Below are positions 1 through 10,679 of a stretch of 64,000 nt of DNA, in pieces. Location: positions 6,200,001-6,264,000 of the forward strand of contig OZ024745.1 of assembly GCA_964016885.1 (NCBI GenBank), read 5' to 3'. Below the pieces are notes generated by a model, which worked only from the letters and a program-made list of their open reading frames with translations, ran no database searches and was not told where the DNA came from. The translations under genes were made by a program, and so were the position numbers. This DNA comes from Eledone cirrhosa. Its lineage: Eukaryota. Each line of letters begins with the position of its first letter. Positions within the stretch are counted from its first letter, which is position 1.

Positions 1-878
1 CATCTCCCAGATAGGGGGCAATCAACCTGATTCCTACAATTACAGTAGGAACTAACTACAGGGTTGCACGTGTTCCTACGGCTAGGTAGTTTAGCTAAAT
101 TTGAAGCTGTGATGTTATGTGCAAGGTTCGGAGTCGTAGAGTAAGAAATTTTAATAGTATTTCTATTAAAACTTTTACTATATTTATGTGTAGGGGGAAA
201 CTGCTTCGTAATAAGGGAAAGAAAGATCTTAGCTAATGGTCTGGCCACCTCTATATTATATGGTGGGTTATACCAACAAATGCGACGAGATCTATTTCTT
301 CTAGGTCTATTTTCGTACTCTGTATATGCTACCTTATCGACAAATCCACTTCGAGCAAGAGCTTCATTGTAATAAGTGGAATGGTCGTTGAAAATACGCT
401 CGTTGGTGGAAAGACGGGAAAGCCTCAACGAAACGTTTCTTACCAGGTTCTTGGTTATGCTGGCAGGATGGTTGGAATGCTTACTTATGTAATTAAGCGT
501 ATCATTCGGCTTTCTATACGGGTAATACAACCCATTCAATAAATTGAGGGTAACGTCGAGGTAATTAACGACCGAGAGATTGGCCTCAACCTGTATAGAG
601 AGGTTGAAGCCTTTAAAGAAGGCTGTGAGTTCTTTTCTGAACCTGTCGCAAGCACGAGGTCCGCACTTAGTCATGGTCAAAAGACCATCGTCACGGTATA
701 AACCACCGCCCGCGTTGGGGAAAAGAAGGAAAAGGCCGATAAGAGCAGTAACCTCCACAGAATCACTGGCGCCCATACTCACGTCGAATGGGGTACTATT
801 GGCATTTTTAATCCAAATAGAGTCGTCGAAATTAGTCACCGACTTTCGGGCATTGAGGATGACATCAACTTCGAAATC
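1..878 (-). pseudogene. Penelope-like (Naiad-like) RT C-terminal half and Cys linker, inverted segment running off the window start
   Basis: Minus-strand translation gives ILNARKS..WIKNANSTPFDVSMGASDSVEV..GGGLYRDDGLL..YCNCRNQVDCPLSGR. This is collinear with the 7149-9317 ORF (FDVSMGATDSAEV, GLYRDDGL, CNCPDRSICPL). Confidence 0.9.
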
Positions 879-2131
879 CTTCCTAGCCAGGGCTAGATCG
901 TATAACGGAAATAAAAGACCACGTGACCTCTGCGCCGCTGAGGCCCTGGAAATACTCTACGCCACAGACCACATCTTAAACAAAAAATCTGAGGCAATTT
1001 CGGCTTGTAAACATAAATTGCACAACACTTTCCTGTATTACAGCCCCACGTTATACCCTAACGGATAGTACGATATATACGTGGATATTTTACGTCTTGA
1101 TGTGGGAGCTAAGTTTATGTTTTGTTTATACCATTACTTATTTGCATAGGTAAGTATATATTACCCGTATGTTTTGTGAAGGTACGTATACCTTCTCGTA
1201 CGTATATTTGATTGTTTATGTTATGGCGTATAATTTAATATATTCTTGTACATATGGTTTGGCCATGTGTATACGGGAGTTTGCTTCTGTGTGAGTATGC
1301 AGGTTCGTACGTATGTAGGGTGTGTGTATATGTGTACTTCATGTATTTACATGTAGGTATGTGTGTGCGCTTGTGATATACGTATTTATTTATTTATATA
1401 CGTTTATATAATTATTTATTTAGTTGTATACACGCATACACACACACACACATATTTATATGTGCGTGGTTTTGTATACCTATGGTAAGTGTTTTGCGTA
1501 TGCTTATGTATGTACGTATTTGTTTGCGTGTATGTATTTATTTATTTCTATTACTTCTGTATTGTATTTATTTACTTTGTTCTTAACTCTGTAGCGGAGA
1601 TTCATTCGGTCTCCTCGTTAGAATTTTAGTCTACGACTTCTGCTATACCATTTACGTGGTTTTGTCTTTGCGTGCTATTGTTCTCCACGCTCCACATATG
1701 ACGTATTATCTTCGTTTTTTTCGTTCATTGCCAGAGAACGTCTCTATGAACCACCTAAGAGAACATTAGTCTACGACCTCTTTTATACCATAAACGTGGT
1801 TCTGTCTTTGCGCGTAATTGTTTTTCACCGCTCCTATTAATGACGTATTATATTCGTTTTTCCCGTTCTTTGCCAGCGAACGTTTCCACGAACCAAAGTA
1901 ACGTCTTCCTGTCTTCCTTCGGTTGCAACGATTTTTGAAATATCCACTTCTGCGTTTACAGATTGACTTTGTTAGTTTCAGAAGATCCCGTTTAGGGTGA
2001 AAGCAGCGATTCTTTGCTTAAACTTTAATCTGTTATTTTAATAAATATTTGCTCTACGGTTCTTATATATTTGATATATATTTATCCTTATCGAGCCCTC
2101 TTTGGATTTTAGTCTTCAAATTTATTATTAT

Positions 2132-2134
<3 letters not shown>
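879..2134 (+). mobile_element. 3' end of the same PLE family: GIY-YIG C-terminus (stop at 1068) plus 3' UTR/pLTR ending in (TA)n
   Basis: LARARSYNGNKRPRDLCAAEALEIL..LNKKSEAISACKH matches LLSRANSYTGGRRPCNLCSEETL..LNKKDELVTACKH of the intact element. Head-to-head junction with the inverted part near 879. Confidence 0.85.
1958..2033 (+). ncRNA. Type I hammerhead ribozyme, variant core CAGAAGA (U4A)
   Basis: Stem I ACAGATT..AGTTT pairs with AAACT..AATCTGT; core CAGAAGA 1979-1985; stem II CCC-GTTTA-GGG; GAAA 1999-2002; stem III AGCA/TGCT; predicted CUU cleavage triplet. Confidence 0.7.
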
Positions 2135-2183
<49 letters not shown>

Positions 2184-3195
2184 GGAAAAAATGAAACGAA
2201 ATTTCATTTCTCACTCTTAGTACGGCTGTTACTTAAATCCTAAACGGACGGTAGTCCGTTTAGTAATATTGTTGTGGTCGTGTTTTCGTTGGCAATCGTC
2301 TGTTTACGACAGTACAGCGCGGCTCTATTTTATGTAACTGAGATAAAACTTATATGAGCATGAACAGTAGATCATTACGCATCTTTTGGCTTAAAAATCT
2401 AGAAATTTGGTCCAGCGGGAAAAAGTTTATAATCAAAGTTTGCTGATAGATCTTGTGTTCAAGTGAGTGAGTAGTAAGCGTGACGCTAGGGGAGGTAATT
2501 ACGAGGTAATTACAAGGGGAGGTAATCTAATATATTTCAAATTGTATTTTTAACTAAATTCATTTATCATAGTCTAATATTTTAAAAATAGGTGAGTGCT
2601 CCACGATGATGACCCATGGCCCCGCCATGTGGAGGGGATGCTTAGGAGCCATCCAGATATCATGTGACCATTTTTGGTTTGCGGTGTCCACATGATATCT
2701 GGATGGCCCTTTATACTAATTAGTCATTTATCTGCATAAAAATTATACCAGATCATTCTGATTATTGACTTGAAATCTTTTACAAAATTAGTATGAGCAA
2801 CTAAGAGGTCATCAATAGAAATAGAATTACTTTTTGAAGTTTTCATGCACAGCATTTTTGGGGATTTTAAATAAAAGTTAATATCATAATTCTTATTTTG
2901 TATACCCACATTGCAGATACAGAGAAACATGACAATCCTATATAAAGGTCGTAGACAGCAGTATCAGTTTTTATCCGTAACACCATTGAAATGCACAAGT
3001 TTCACCAATTCACTATTATGCACTAATCATCTCAAATGCATTCATGATTTACTAGCTTTGTCATTAAGCCAGTTGCCTCAACTAGATTGCAATTATACTC
3101 AAAAGAACTTTAAAATGTCAATCACTTGTCAGTAATTCACTATGATCTTTTAATTATTAGATAGTTGTTGCTTGCATTGCCTTAAAAAATAGTAG

Positions 3196-4199
3196 ACCAG
3201 ATAGAAAAATGCGTACAGCAAAAAAAAGTAATATTGTTGGAATATAAACCTTTAAAAATACAGGACAAGAAACTAAAATAAAACTTTAAAAGAATAGGAC
3301 AAGAAACTAAGATAAAACTTTAAAGAATTGGACAAGAAATAAAAAATTTTACAATAATATTAGTGGCAAAATTTTTTTATTCGTTTCCTGTGCTATGCCC
3401 CAGTATCTTCTTGATTAGTGCATAATAATTGTCATGCTCTCATTGTGCGTTGCCCCTGAGCGGTTGGTTCTGGTTGGGCTTGGTTGGCTGAGCAGTTCTG
3501 CTCCGTCAGAATGACCAGTGAAAGAAGAATTGGCCGATGCAGCTGCAGGTCTCCTCCAAGAATGCACTTCTGGTCCCGCAACACCAGACGAAGATGGAGA
3601 AGACGACCGGGACAAGATGTCGACTCTGACCACAGACTACGGCATCTCCCTCAACCACCGGTCCTCCCTCCCTCTGTCCCGTCATCCCTCCAGTCCTCCT
3701 GCTCCCCCTTCCTGTACCAGAAAGCTGTGGCACGCATTCATCTGGACTGCCGGACTTGAACTCAAGGACAAGATGCAAGGAGAAGATGGACGGGTTGGTC
3801 AAGATCAAGGATGAGCGGGATGACAAGACCGTCCGCTGCTGCTCAAGATCTGTGCTCATGGGCCCATGGGTCCATTCACATTATGCATGACACATGAGGC
3901 GTGTCGCCGAATGATGAAATAGGGGTATGGTTATGGCCCAATTGGTGTTCAAACCAGGATCAAATGATCCCCCGGTCTGACGACGACCTCTGAATGTGGA
4001 ACTCGATTTTTTACCAATAAAAATTTTGCCACTAATATTATTGTAAAATTTTTTATTTCTTGTCCAATTCTTTAAAGTTTTATCTTAGTTTCTTGTCCTA
4101 TTCTTTTAAAGTTTTATTTTAGTTTCTTGTCCTGTATTTTTAAAGGTTTATATTCCAACAATATTACTTTTTTTTGCTGTACGCATTTTTCTATCTGGT
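3196..4199. mobile_element. Non-autonomous DNA-transposon-like element with ~180-bp terminal inverted repeats and a GC-richer internal segment
   Basis: 3196-~3376 is the near-perfect reverse complement of ~4018-4199 (ACCAGATAGAAAAATGCG...). The TIRs contain three GGACAAGAAA subrepeats. No clear TSD. Confidence 0.75.
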
Positions 4200-4436
4200 A
4201 TAAGTATGTATACGTACATACATATATGTATACAGACGTACAGTAGAATGTATATATATTATTTCTGAAGACAGCATATATATGTGTAGGTATGTATATT
4301 CCCTCTAATAGTTTGTAAAAATTTTACATAGATCTATATGATATATATACCAACACACACATATATATCCTAGAAACGATCGTAAAATGATGAATTTTTT
4401 AATATAAGGAACTGTTTCTTTGTTTTTATTCATTAT

Positions 4437-4479
<43 letters not shown>

Positions 4480-4615
4480 CAGCCGGTCGACAACATCCCA
4501 GACCTCATTCGCTTAATGAGTGGGGTGGAGCTCATCAAATCGGACCAAGGAAACAATGTTTCCGTTGGTCTATCCAATTGCTAATACTATCTGTCGGTCG
4601 CAAGTCCAGGCAGAA

Positions 4616-4649
<34 letters not shown>

Positions 4650-4689
4650 GATATTAAACAAATGGAAACTATATTTATAAAACCATATT

Positions 4690-4755
4690 TATTTCATTAT
4701 ATATATTTCAGGGATACCATATTAAAAATATGGTATGCCTTCCTCAGACAAAATA
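4690..4755 (-). ncRNA. Hammerhead ribozyme (minimal stem III)
   Basis: Reverse complement of 4893-4958: CTGAGGA..GAAA-TATATA-TA. Confidence 0.8.
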
Positions 4756-4892
4756 CAATATATAAACCGTTTTATAAATAAATAAATTTGATATACCTAG
4801 AACAGTGCAACTTCCATTTAAAAAGTTGATTTGGAAGTTGCACTGTTCTAGGTATGTCAAATTTATTTATTTATAAAACGGTTTATATATTG

Positions 4893-4958
4893 TATTTTGT
4901 CTGAGGAAGGCATACCATATTTTTAATATTGTATCCCTGAAATATATATAATGAAATA
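4893..4958 (+). ncRNA. Hammerhead ribozyme (minimal, palindromic stem III)
   Basis: Stem I TATTTTGT/ATGAAATA; core CTGAGGA 4901-4907; stem II; GAAA 4939-4942; TATATA; AUA cleavage triplet. Confidence 0.8.
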
Positions 4959-5086
4959 AATATGGTTTTATAAATATAGTTTCCATTTGTTTAATATCGT
5001 AAACCTACTCCAAAATCTGTTGAGTGCTTTTATATCAGTTATAAAATATTTACTCGTTGTAACCCTACAATTTTAAATAAAACTTT

Positions 5087-5172
<86 letters not shown>

Positions 5173-5174
<2 letters not shown>

Positions 5175-5284
5175 AACCAGTAAGACCCCGACAGCTGAGC
5201 TCAAGCCGTTTCGACGGCTAATTCTGGACTAAATGAAAATTTATCCTGGTATTTAAATAGCCGATCTTCTCAAGGGGTAATTCC
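5173..5284 (-). ncRNA. Hammerhead ribozyme, U3-A8 variant (inverted pLTR copy)
   Basis: Reverse complement of 6864-6975. Confidence 0.75.
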
Positions 5285-6863
5285 ATATATGGTCAAAGTG
5301 ATTGTCAAAAATCAGTAGTAATTCTGTGGTTGCAAATTAGTAGGGGAGATGGTGGCTAAACCTGCCAGTAGGAGAAAGAGGGGAGGGGGTGGAGTAGACC
5401 CAATCAAGCGTTGGTAGTGCCAGCTACAGCTGGGCATGAGGTCAAAGAAGATACAGGGGAGGGGGAGGGGGAGGAAGTCGGAACGGTAGGTAGAACAATG
5501 GGGGGTAGAAATAGGAAAGAAAAAATACTGAGAGTGAAGAAAAGCAAATAAGTGTAAAGAAAAAAGTAAAGTAAATTAAATTCTACGACCTAGGTGTCAG
5601 GCTATTGTTAGGCGAGAATAAAATAAAGAAAGATGAACTGGTTACTGCATGTAAACATAGATTGCGTAGGACTTACCTCGCCCTCAAACCCCATAATGAC
5701 CCGGGGGCGTAGACTAGGGCTATAACACCCCAGTTGCCGATTTTGCAATGGGTAACCCCTGCTTGCCAAGGAAGACGTAAGATCTTCTTTGTATTCTTTT
5801 ATCGCTTCCTTTATTTCCTTCCCCCCTCTCTCCTTTGTCCTTCTACCCCAGCTCTTCTCCTTTGTCGGCGTCTTTTCTCGCCCACCCGAGGCTGCCCTTT
5901 GACCCCAGCTCTTCTCCTTTGTCGGCGTCTTTTCTCGCCCACCCGAGGCTGCCCTTTGGCCCCATGTAGCCTTAGTACCCCCCCTCCCCTAGTCTTTGAT
6001 AGATTTGGCGGACTCCGCCCTTTATAGCAGTTGGCTTAGACCCCGGATACTTTCCCTTATTCCGACCGCTCCCACTATTCTCTGTGCCCTCTATATTTCT
6101 TAGTGGCACTTATGCCTTATTTTTTCGTTTCAGTATTTCTTGCTTCGCTTTTCTTCTGGGCGGGGTGGATTCTGAATTTATTTCTCCGTATTCTACCTTT
6201 ATTTCGTACGAACTTTTCATGTAGCTTGTTTTAGATCTTTTAGAGTTAGCATTAGTATATATTTTTCTCGGGACTCAGAATTATTATCTCGTACAAGTTC
6301 ACTTTGCCGCACTGGGTCGTTGCTGGCCCGGGATGGAAACCTTTATTGTTTATTTCGTGGTAGTCTCTTTAGTATTTTGGCCCCTTTTGTTGACCCGTCA
6401 CCGTATCATTTACGTACTTATACCTCTTAAAAGGGTCCTTGCCTTATCCGTCCCACCTAGTTCTCTTACTTATTTCCTTATTTATTTATTTATTTATTTA
6501 TTTACTTCTTCCTTTCTTTCTTTATTTTATTCTCGCCTAACAATAGCCTGACACCTAGGTCGTAGAATTTAATTTACTTTACTTTTTTCTTTACACTTAT
6601 TTGCTTTTCTTCACTCTCAGTATTTTTTCTTTCCTATTTCTACCCCCCATTGTTCTACCTACCGTTCCGACTTCCTCCCCCTCCCCCTCCCCTGTATCTT
6701 CTTTGACCTCATGCCCAGCTGTAGCTGGCACTACCAACGCTTGATTGGGTCTACTCCACCCCCTCCCCTCTTTCTCCTACTGGCAGGTTTAGCCACCATC
6801 TCCCCTACTAATTTGCAACCACAGAATTACTACTGATTTTTGACAATCACTTTGACCATATAT

Positions 6864-6975
6864 GGAATTACCCCTTGAGAAGATCGGCTATTTAAATACC
6901 AGGATAAATTTTCATTTAGTCCAGAATTAGCCGTCGAAACGGCTTGAGCTCAGCTGTCGGGGTCTTACTGGTTCC
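6864..6975 (+). ncRNA. Type I hammerhead ribozyme with compensatory U3-A8 core (UUGAGAA) and a long stem II
   Basis: Stem I GGAA..ACCCC pairs with GGGGT..TTCC; core TTGAGAA 6875-6881; stem II GA(T)CGGCTA/TAGCCGTC; GAAA 6936-6939; stem III ACGGCT/AGCTGT; GUC cleavage after 6958. Confidence 0.78.
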
Positions 6976-7148
6976 TATTACCCACTCTACTACCTCAAGT
7001 ATTGAGTACTTTGGTGCGTTATGGTCCACCTGGTTCCTTACCACATTTCCTTCGTTATCTAGCTCCTACTCCCGTAGTAGAGCACTTTCCGACCCTACCA
7101 CGCCGTATCCAGACTTTTCCGCTAAGCTCAATTCATTTCACCCGCACC

Positions 7149-9317
7149 ATGCGAAAACACAACATTGACTTCTCTACCAAGAACATCCCAATCCCACCGA
7201 AAAAACTCTACCTTCGGATGCTCACGCAAAAAATTGATCTATTTGCGAAAAGACTTAGATGGAGAACTTTTTTCTATGACAGATGTTGCGACAACCAGGA
7301 CTTCGGCGCCAAGGAGAGATTCGGATTTATTACCTACAAATCTCCGCCCCTGAACCCCTTGCTCGCACCCTTCGAGAATGACCTCTTCCAGCTGGTCAGG
7401 AACATTAAATTTAAACCCAGACACAACCGATTCCTACAAAAACTCCGTAGCACCTTAACAGAGTATGATAACACAAATGACATCATGGTGCATTCGGATA
7501 AAACTGGGAACCTATACTTTGTCAACCCTGACAGATACCACACACTGATCAGGAGCAGCCTAAACTCCACCTATAAAAAGGCCAACCACTCTTGTATCGA
7601 GGACATAAATCGAGATGGACAACAAATCACCTCCAGCCTCGGGGTCGCCGACCGCACGGAACCTCTAGACCCACGGACACCATACTTCACACTGAAGGAC
7701 CATAAATCCGATTTTGACCGTAAACCCTCCATCAGGCTTATTAACCCAACGAAGTCCGACATAGGGAGAATCAGCAAAAAAATCCTAGACCGCGTGATAC
7801 CAAAAGTCAAGCAACACACCCGACTTAGCCTATGGATCAACACCCAGGAAGTAATCTCCTGGTTCAGCAATATGGAGGATAAACGAGAAACTAAATTCAT
7901 ACAGTTCGACATAGAGAGCTACTATGCTTCAATCACCTTACCGCTACTTACTGCCGCCTTGGACTTCGCCGAAACACTCGTGCCCATCACCGACCAGGAA
8001 AGAAAAATCATCCTCCACGCCAGGAAGACAGTCTTACTCTTTGGCGACTCTAAATGGATAAAAAGAGCTCCCGACTCACCCTTCGACGTCAGCATGGGCG
8101 CCACGGATTCGGCGGAGGTCACCGATCTTATAGGATTATTCCTAATAGCCAAACTCACTGATATGTTTCCTGCATTCGGTGGTGGATTGTACCGTGATGA
8201 TGGGCTCCTTACCCTTAAAGGGTACAACCCCAGTAGTACAGATCGGGTCCGGAAACAATTAATCAGATTCTTCCGCGACTGGGGATTTAAAATAACCCTA
8301 CAAACGTCCCTGACCCGAGTAAACTTCCTGGACGTAACCCTCGACCTCGAAAACGACCTGTACTATCCATACAGGAAACCTAATGACAATCTGCACTACA
8401 TCCACCGCCGATCAAACCATCCTAGGAACATCACAAACAACCTGGTCAAAAACATCTCCCTCCGCATATCCCGTTTGTCAGCTAATGAGCGGATATTCGA
8501 TGAACATGCGCCTTATTACAACCAGGCCCTCAAGCGGAGTGGTTTCCGGGAGGAAATATCCTACTGTCCAGCCCCCATTAGCGGAACCAGCAGGAGACAC
8601 CGCCGCTCACGCAATGTAACATGGTTCAATCCTCCCCACAACGCAGAGGTGACTACTCCCATCGGGAAACTATTCTTTAGGCTCATTGAAAAACACTTCC
8701 CATTACAACACCGCTACCACAACATAATTAACAAAAATACCATCAAACTCTCTTACAGCACTACACCAAACTTCGCACAAAACATCGTCTCCTCTAACAA
8801 CAAAAAACTCAACCCCGATGGCAGAAATAACCTAATTAGCAGTGGAGAACCGACCAGGAGGTGTAACTGCCCGGATAGATCTATTTGCCCACTCGACAAT
8901 ACATGCAGAGACCGTAATGTGATCTACCAGTGCAACGTGAGGACGGATACCTCCAACAAAGCCTATATAGGACTTACCGCATGTGACTTCAAGACCCGGC
9001 TATACCAACATAGACATACCTTCCGAAACCCGGCCCGGCGTCACGCCACTACACTTTCGGGCCACATATGGGACCTCAAGGACAACAACATCACCTATGA
9101 TCTCACTTGGAGATTACTGTCCAGAGCCAATTCTTACACGGGAGGACGCCGTCCGTGCAATTTATGCTCGGAGGAAACTTTACAAATGCTGTTTTCGACG
9201 GACCAACTCCTAAACAAGAAAGATGAACTGGTTACTGCATGTAAACATAGATTGCGTAGGACTTACCTCGCCCTCAAACCCCATAATGACCCGGGGGGGG
9301 GTAGACTAGGGCTATAA
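7149..9317 (+). CDS. PLE polyprotein: reverse transcriptase + GIY-YIG endonuclease (722 aa from the first ATG; frame open from 7002)
   Basis: N-terminal FSTKNIPIP and DKTGN; RT motifs IRLINP, FDIESYY, MGATDSAEV, YRDDG, FLDVTL; Cys linker CNC..CPL..C; EN motifs NVIYQC/AYIGLT, R..H, CNLC..E, LLNK..CKH. Confidence 0.95.
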   Translation: MRKHNIDFSTKNIPIPPKKLYLRMLTQKIDLFAKRLRWRTFFYDRCCDNQDFGAKERFGFITYKSPPLNPLLAPFENDLFQLVRNIKFKPRHNRFLQKLRSTLTEYDNTNDIMVHSDKTGNLYFVNPDRYHTLIRSSLNSTYKKANHSCIEDINRDGQQITSSLGVADRTEPLDPRTPYFTLKDHKSDFDRKPSIRLINPTKSDIGRISKKILDRVIPKVKQHTRLSLWINTQEVISWFSNMEDKRETKFIQFDIESYYASITLPLLTAALDFAETLVPITDQERKIILHARKTVLLFGDSKWIKRAPDSPFDVSMGATDSAEVTDLIGLFLIAKLTDMFPAFGGGLYRDDGLLTLKGYNPSSTDRVRKQLIRFFRDWGFKITLQTSLTRVNFLDVTLDLENDLYYPYRKPNDNLHYIHRRSNHPRNITNNLVKNISLRISRLSANERIFDEHAPYYNQALKRSGFREEISYCPAPISGTSRRHRRSRNVTWFNPPHNAEVTTPIGKLFFRLIEKHFPLQHRYHNIINKNTIKLSYSTTPNFAQNIVSSNNKKLNPDGRNNLISSGEPTRRCNCPDRSICPLDNTCRDRNVIYQCNVRTDTSNKAYIGLTACDFKTRLYQHRHTFRNPARRHATTLSGHIWDLKDNNITYDLTWRLLSRANSYTGGRRPCNLCSEETLQMLFSTDQLLNKKDELVTACKHRLRRTYLALKPHNDPGGGRLGL

Positions 9318-10456
9318 CACCCCAGTTGCCGATTTTGCAATGGGTAACCCCTGCTTGCCAAGGAAGACGTAAGATCTTCTTTGTATTCTTTTATCGCTTC
9401 CTTTATTTCCTTCCCCCCTCTCTCCTTTGTCCTTCTACCCCAGCTCTTCTCCTTTGTCGGCGTCTTTTCTCGCCCACCCGAGGCTGCCCTTTGACCCCAG
9501 CTCTTCTCCTTTGTCGGCGTCTTTTCTCGCCCACCCGAGGCTGCCCTTTGGCCCCATGTAGCCTTAGTACCCCCCCTCCCCCAGTCTTTGATAGATTTGG
9601 CGGACTCCGCCCTTTATAGCAGTTGGCTTAGACCCCGGATACTTTCCCCCTTATTCCGACCGCTCCCACTATTCTCTGTGCCCTCTATATTTCTTAGTGG
9701 CACTTATGCCTTATTTTTTCGTTTCAGTATTTCTTGCTTCGCTTTTCTTCTGGGCGGGGTGGATTCTGAATTTATTTCTCCGTATTCTACCTTTATTTCG
9801 TACGAACTTTCATGTAGCTTGTTTTAGATCTTTTAGAGTTAGCATTAGTATATATTTTTCTCGGGACTCAGAATTATTATCTCGTACAAGTTCACTTTAC
9901 CGCACTGGGTCGTTGCTGGCCCGGGATGGAAACCTTTATTGTTTATTTCGTGGTAGTCTCTTTAGTATTTTGGCCCCTTTTGTTGACCCGTCACCGTATC
10001 ATTTACGTACTTATACCTCTTAAAAGGGTCCTTGCCTTATCCGTCCCACCTAGTTCTCTTACTTATTTCCTTATTTATTTATTTATTTATTTATTTACTT
10101 CTTCCTTTCTTTCTTTATTTTATTCTCGCCTAACAATAGCCTGACACCTAGGTCGTAGAATTTAATTTACTTTACTTTTTTCTTTACACTTATTTGCTTT
10201 TCTTCACTCTCAGTATTTTTTCTTTCCTATTTCTACCCCCCATTGTTCTACCTACCGTTCCGACTTCCTCCCCCTCCCCCTCCCCTGTATCTTCTTTGAC
10301 CTCATGCCCAGCTGTAGCTGGCACTACCAACGCTTGATTGGGTCTACTCCACCCCCTCCCCTCTTTCTCCTACTGGCAGGTTTAGCCACCATCTCCCCTA
10401 CTAATTTGCAACCACAGAATTACTACTGATTTTTGACAATCACTTTGACCATATAT

Positions 10457-10568
10457 GGAATTACCCCTTGAGAAGATCGGCTATTTAAATACCAGGATAA
10501 ATTTTCATTTAGTCCAGAATTAGCCGTCGAAACGGCTTGAGCTCAGCTGTCGGGGTCTTACTGGTTCC
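10457..10568 (+). ncRNA. Hammerhead ribozyme, U3-A8 variant (3' pLTR copy)
   Basis: Same sequence as 6864-6975 at +3593; cleavage predicted after 10551. Confidence 0.78.
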
Positions 10569-10647
10569 TATTACCCACTCTACTACCTCAAGTATTGAGT
10601 ACTTTGGTGCGTTATGGTCCACCTGGTTCCTTACCACATTTCCTTCG

Positions 10648-10677
<30 letters not shown>

Positions 10678-10679
<2 letters not shown>

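Larger units (their letters stand above)
4649..5090 (+). mobile_element. Palindromic fold-back PLE mini-element (pLTR-only) in (TA)n
   Basis: Arms 4649-4816 and 4832-4999 are inverted copies; one-sided tail 5000-5090; flanked by (TA)n on both sides. Confidence 0.85.
5171..10650 (+). mobile_element. Full-length Penelope-like element (Naiad-like) with an inverted 5' pLTR and two direct pLTRs
   Basis: Inverted pLTR 5171-5633; direct repeats 5626-7057 and 9216-10650 with only a handful of differences; (TA)n on both flanks; intact ORF. Confidence 0.95.

Noticed and set aside
580-1068. 162-aa ORF as a standalone gene
   Set aside because: Chimera of antisense RT sequence and the true GIY-YIG C-terminus across the inversion junction.
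7149-9317. Selenoprotein-type Naiad
   Set aside because: No in-frame TGA; all conserved Cys positions use Cys codons.
9291-9317. C-terminal GGRLGL extension
   Set aside because: The upstream pLTR copy reads DPGA* (5698-5712). The difference lies in a G homopolymer, so it is probably slippage or sequencing error.
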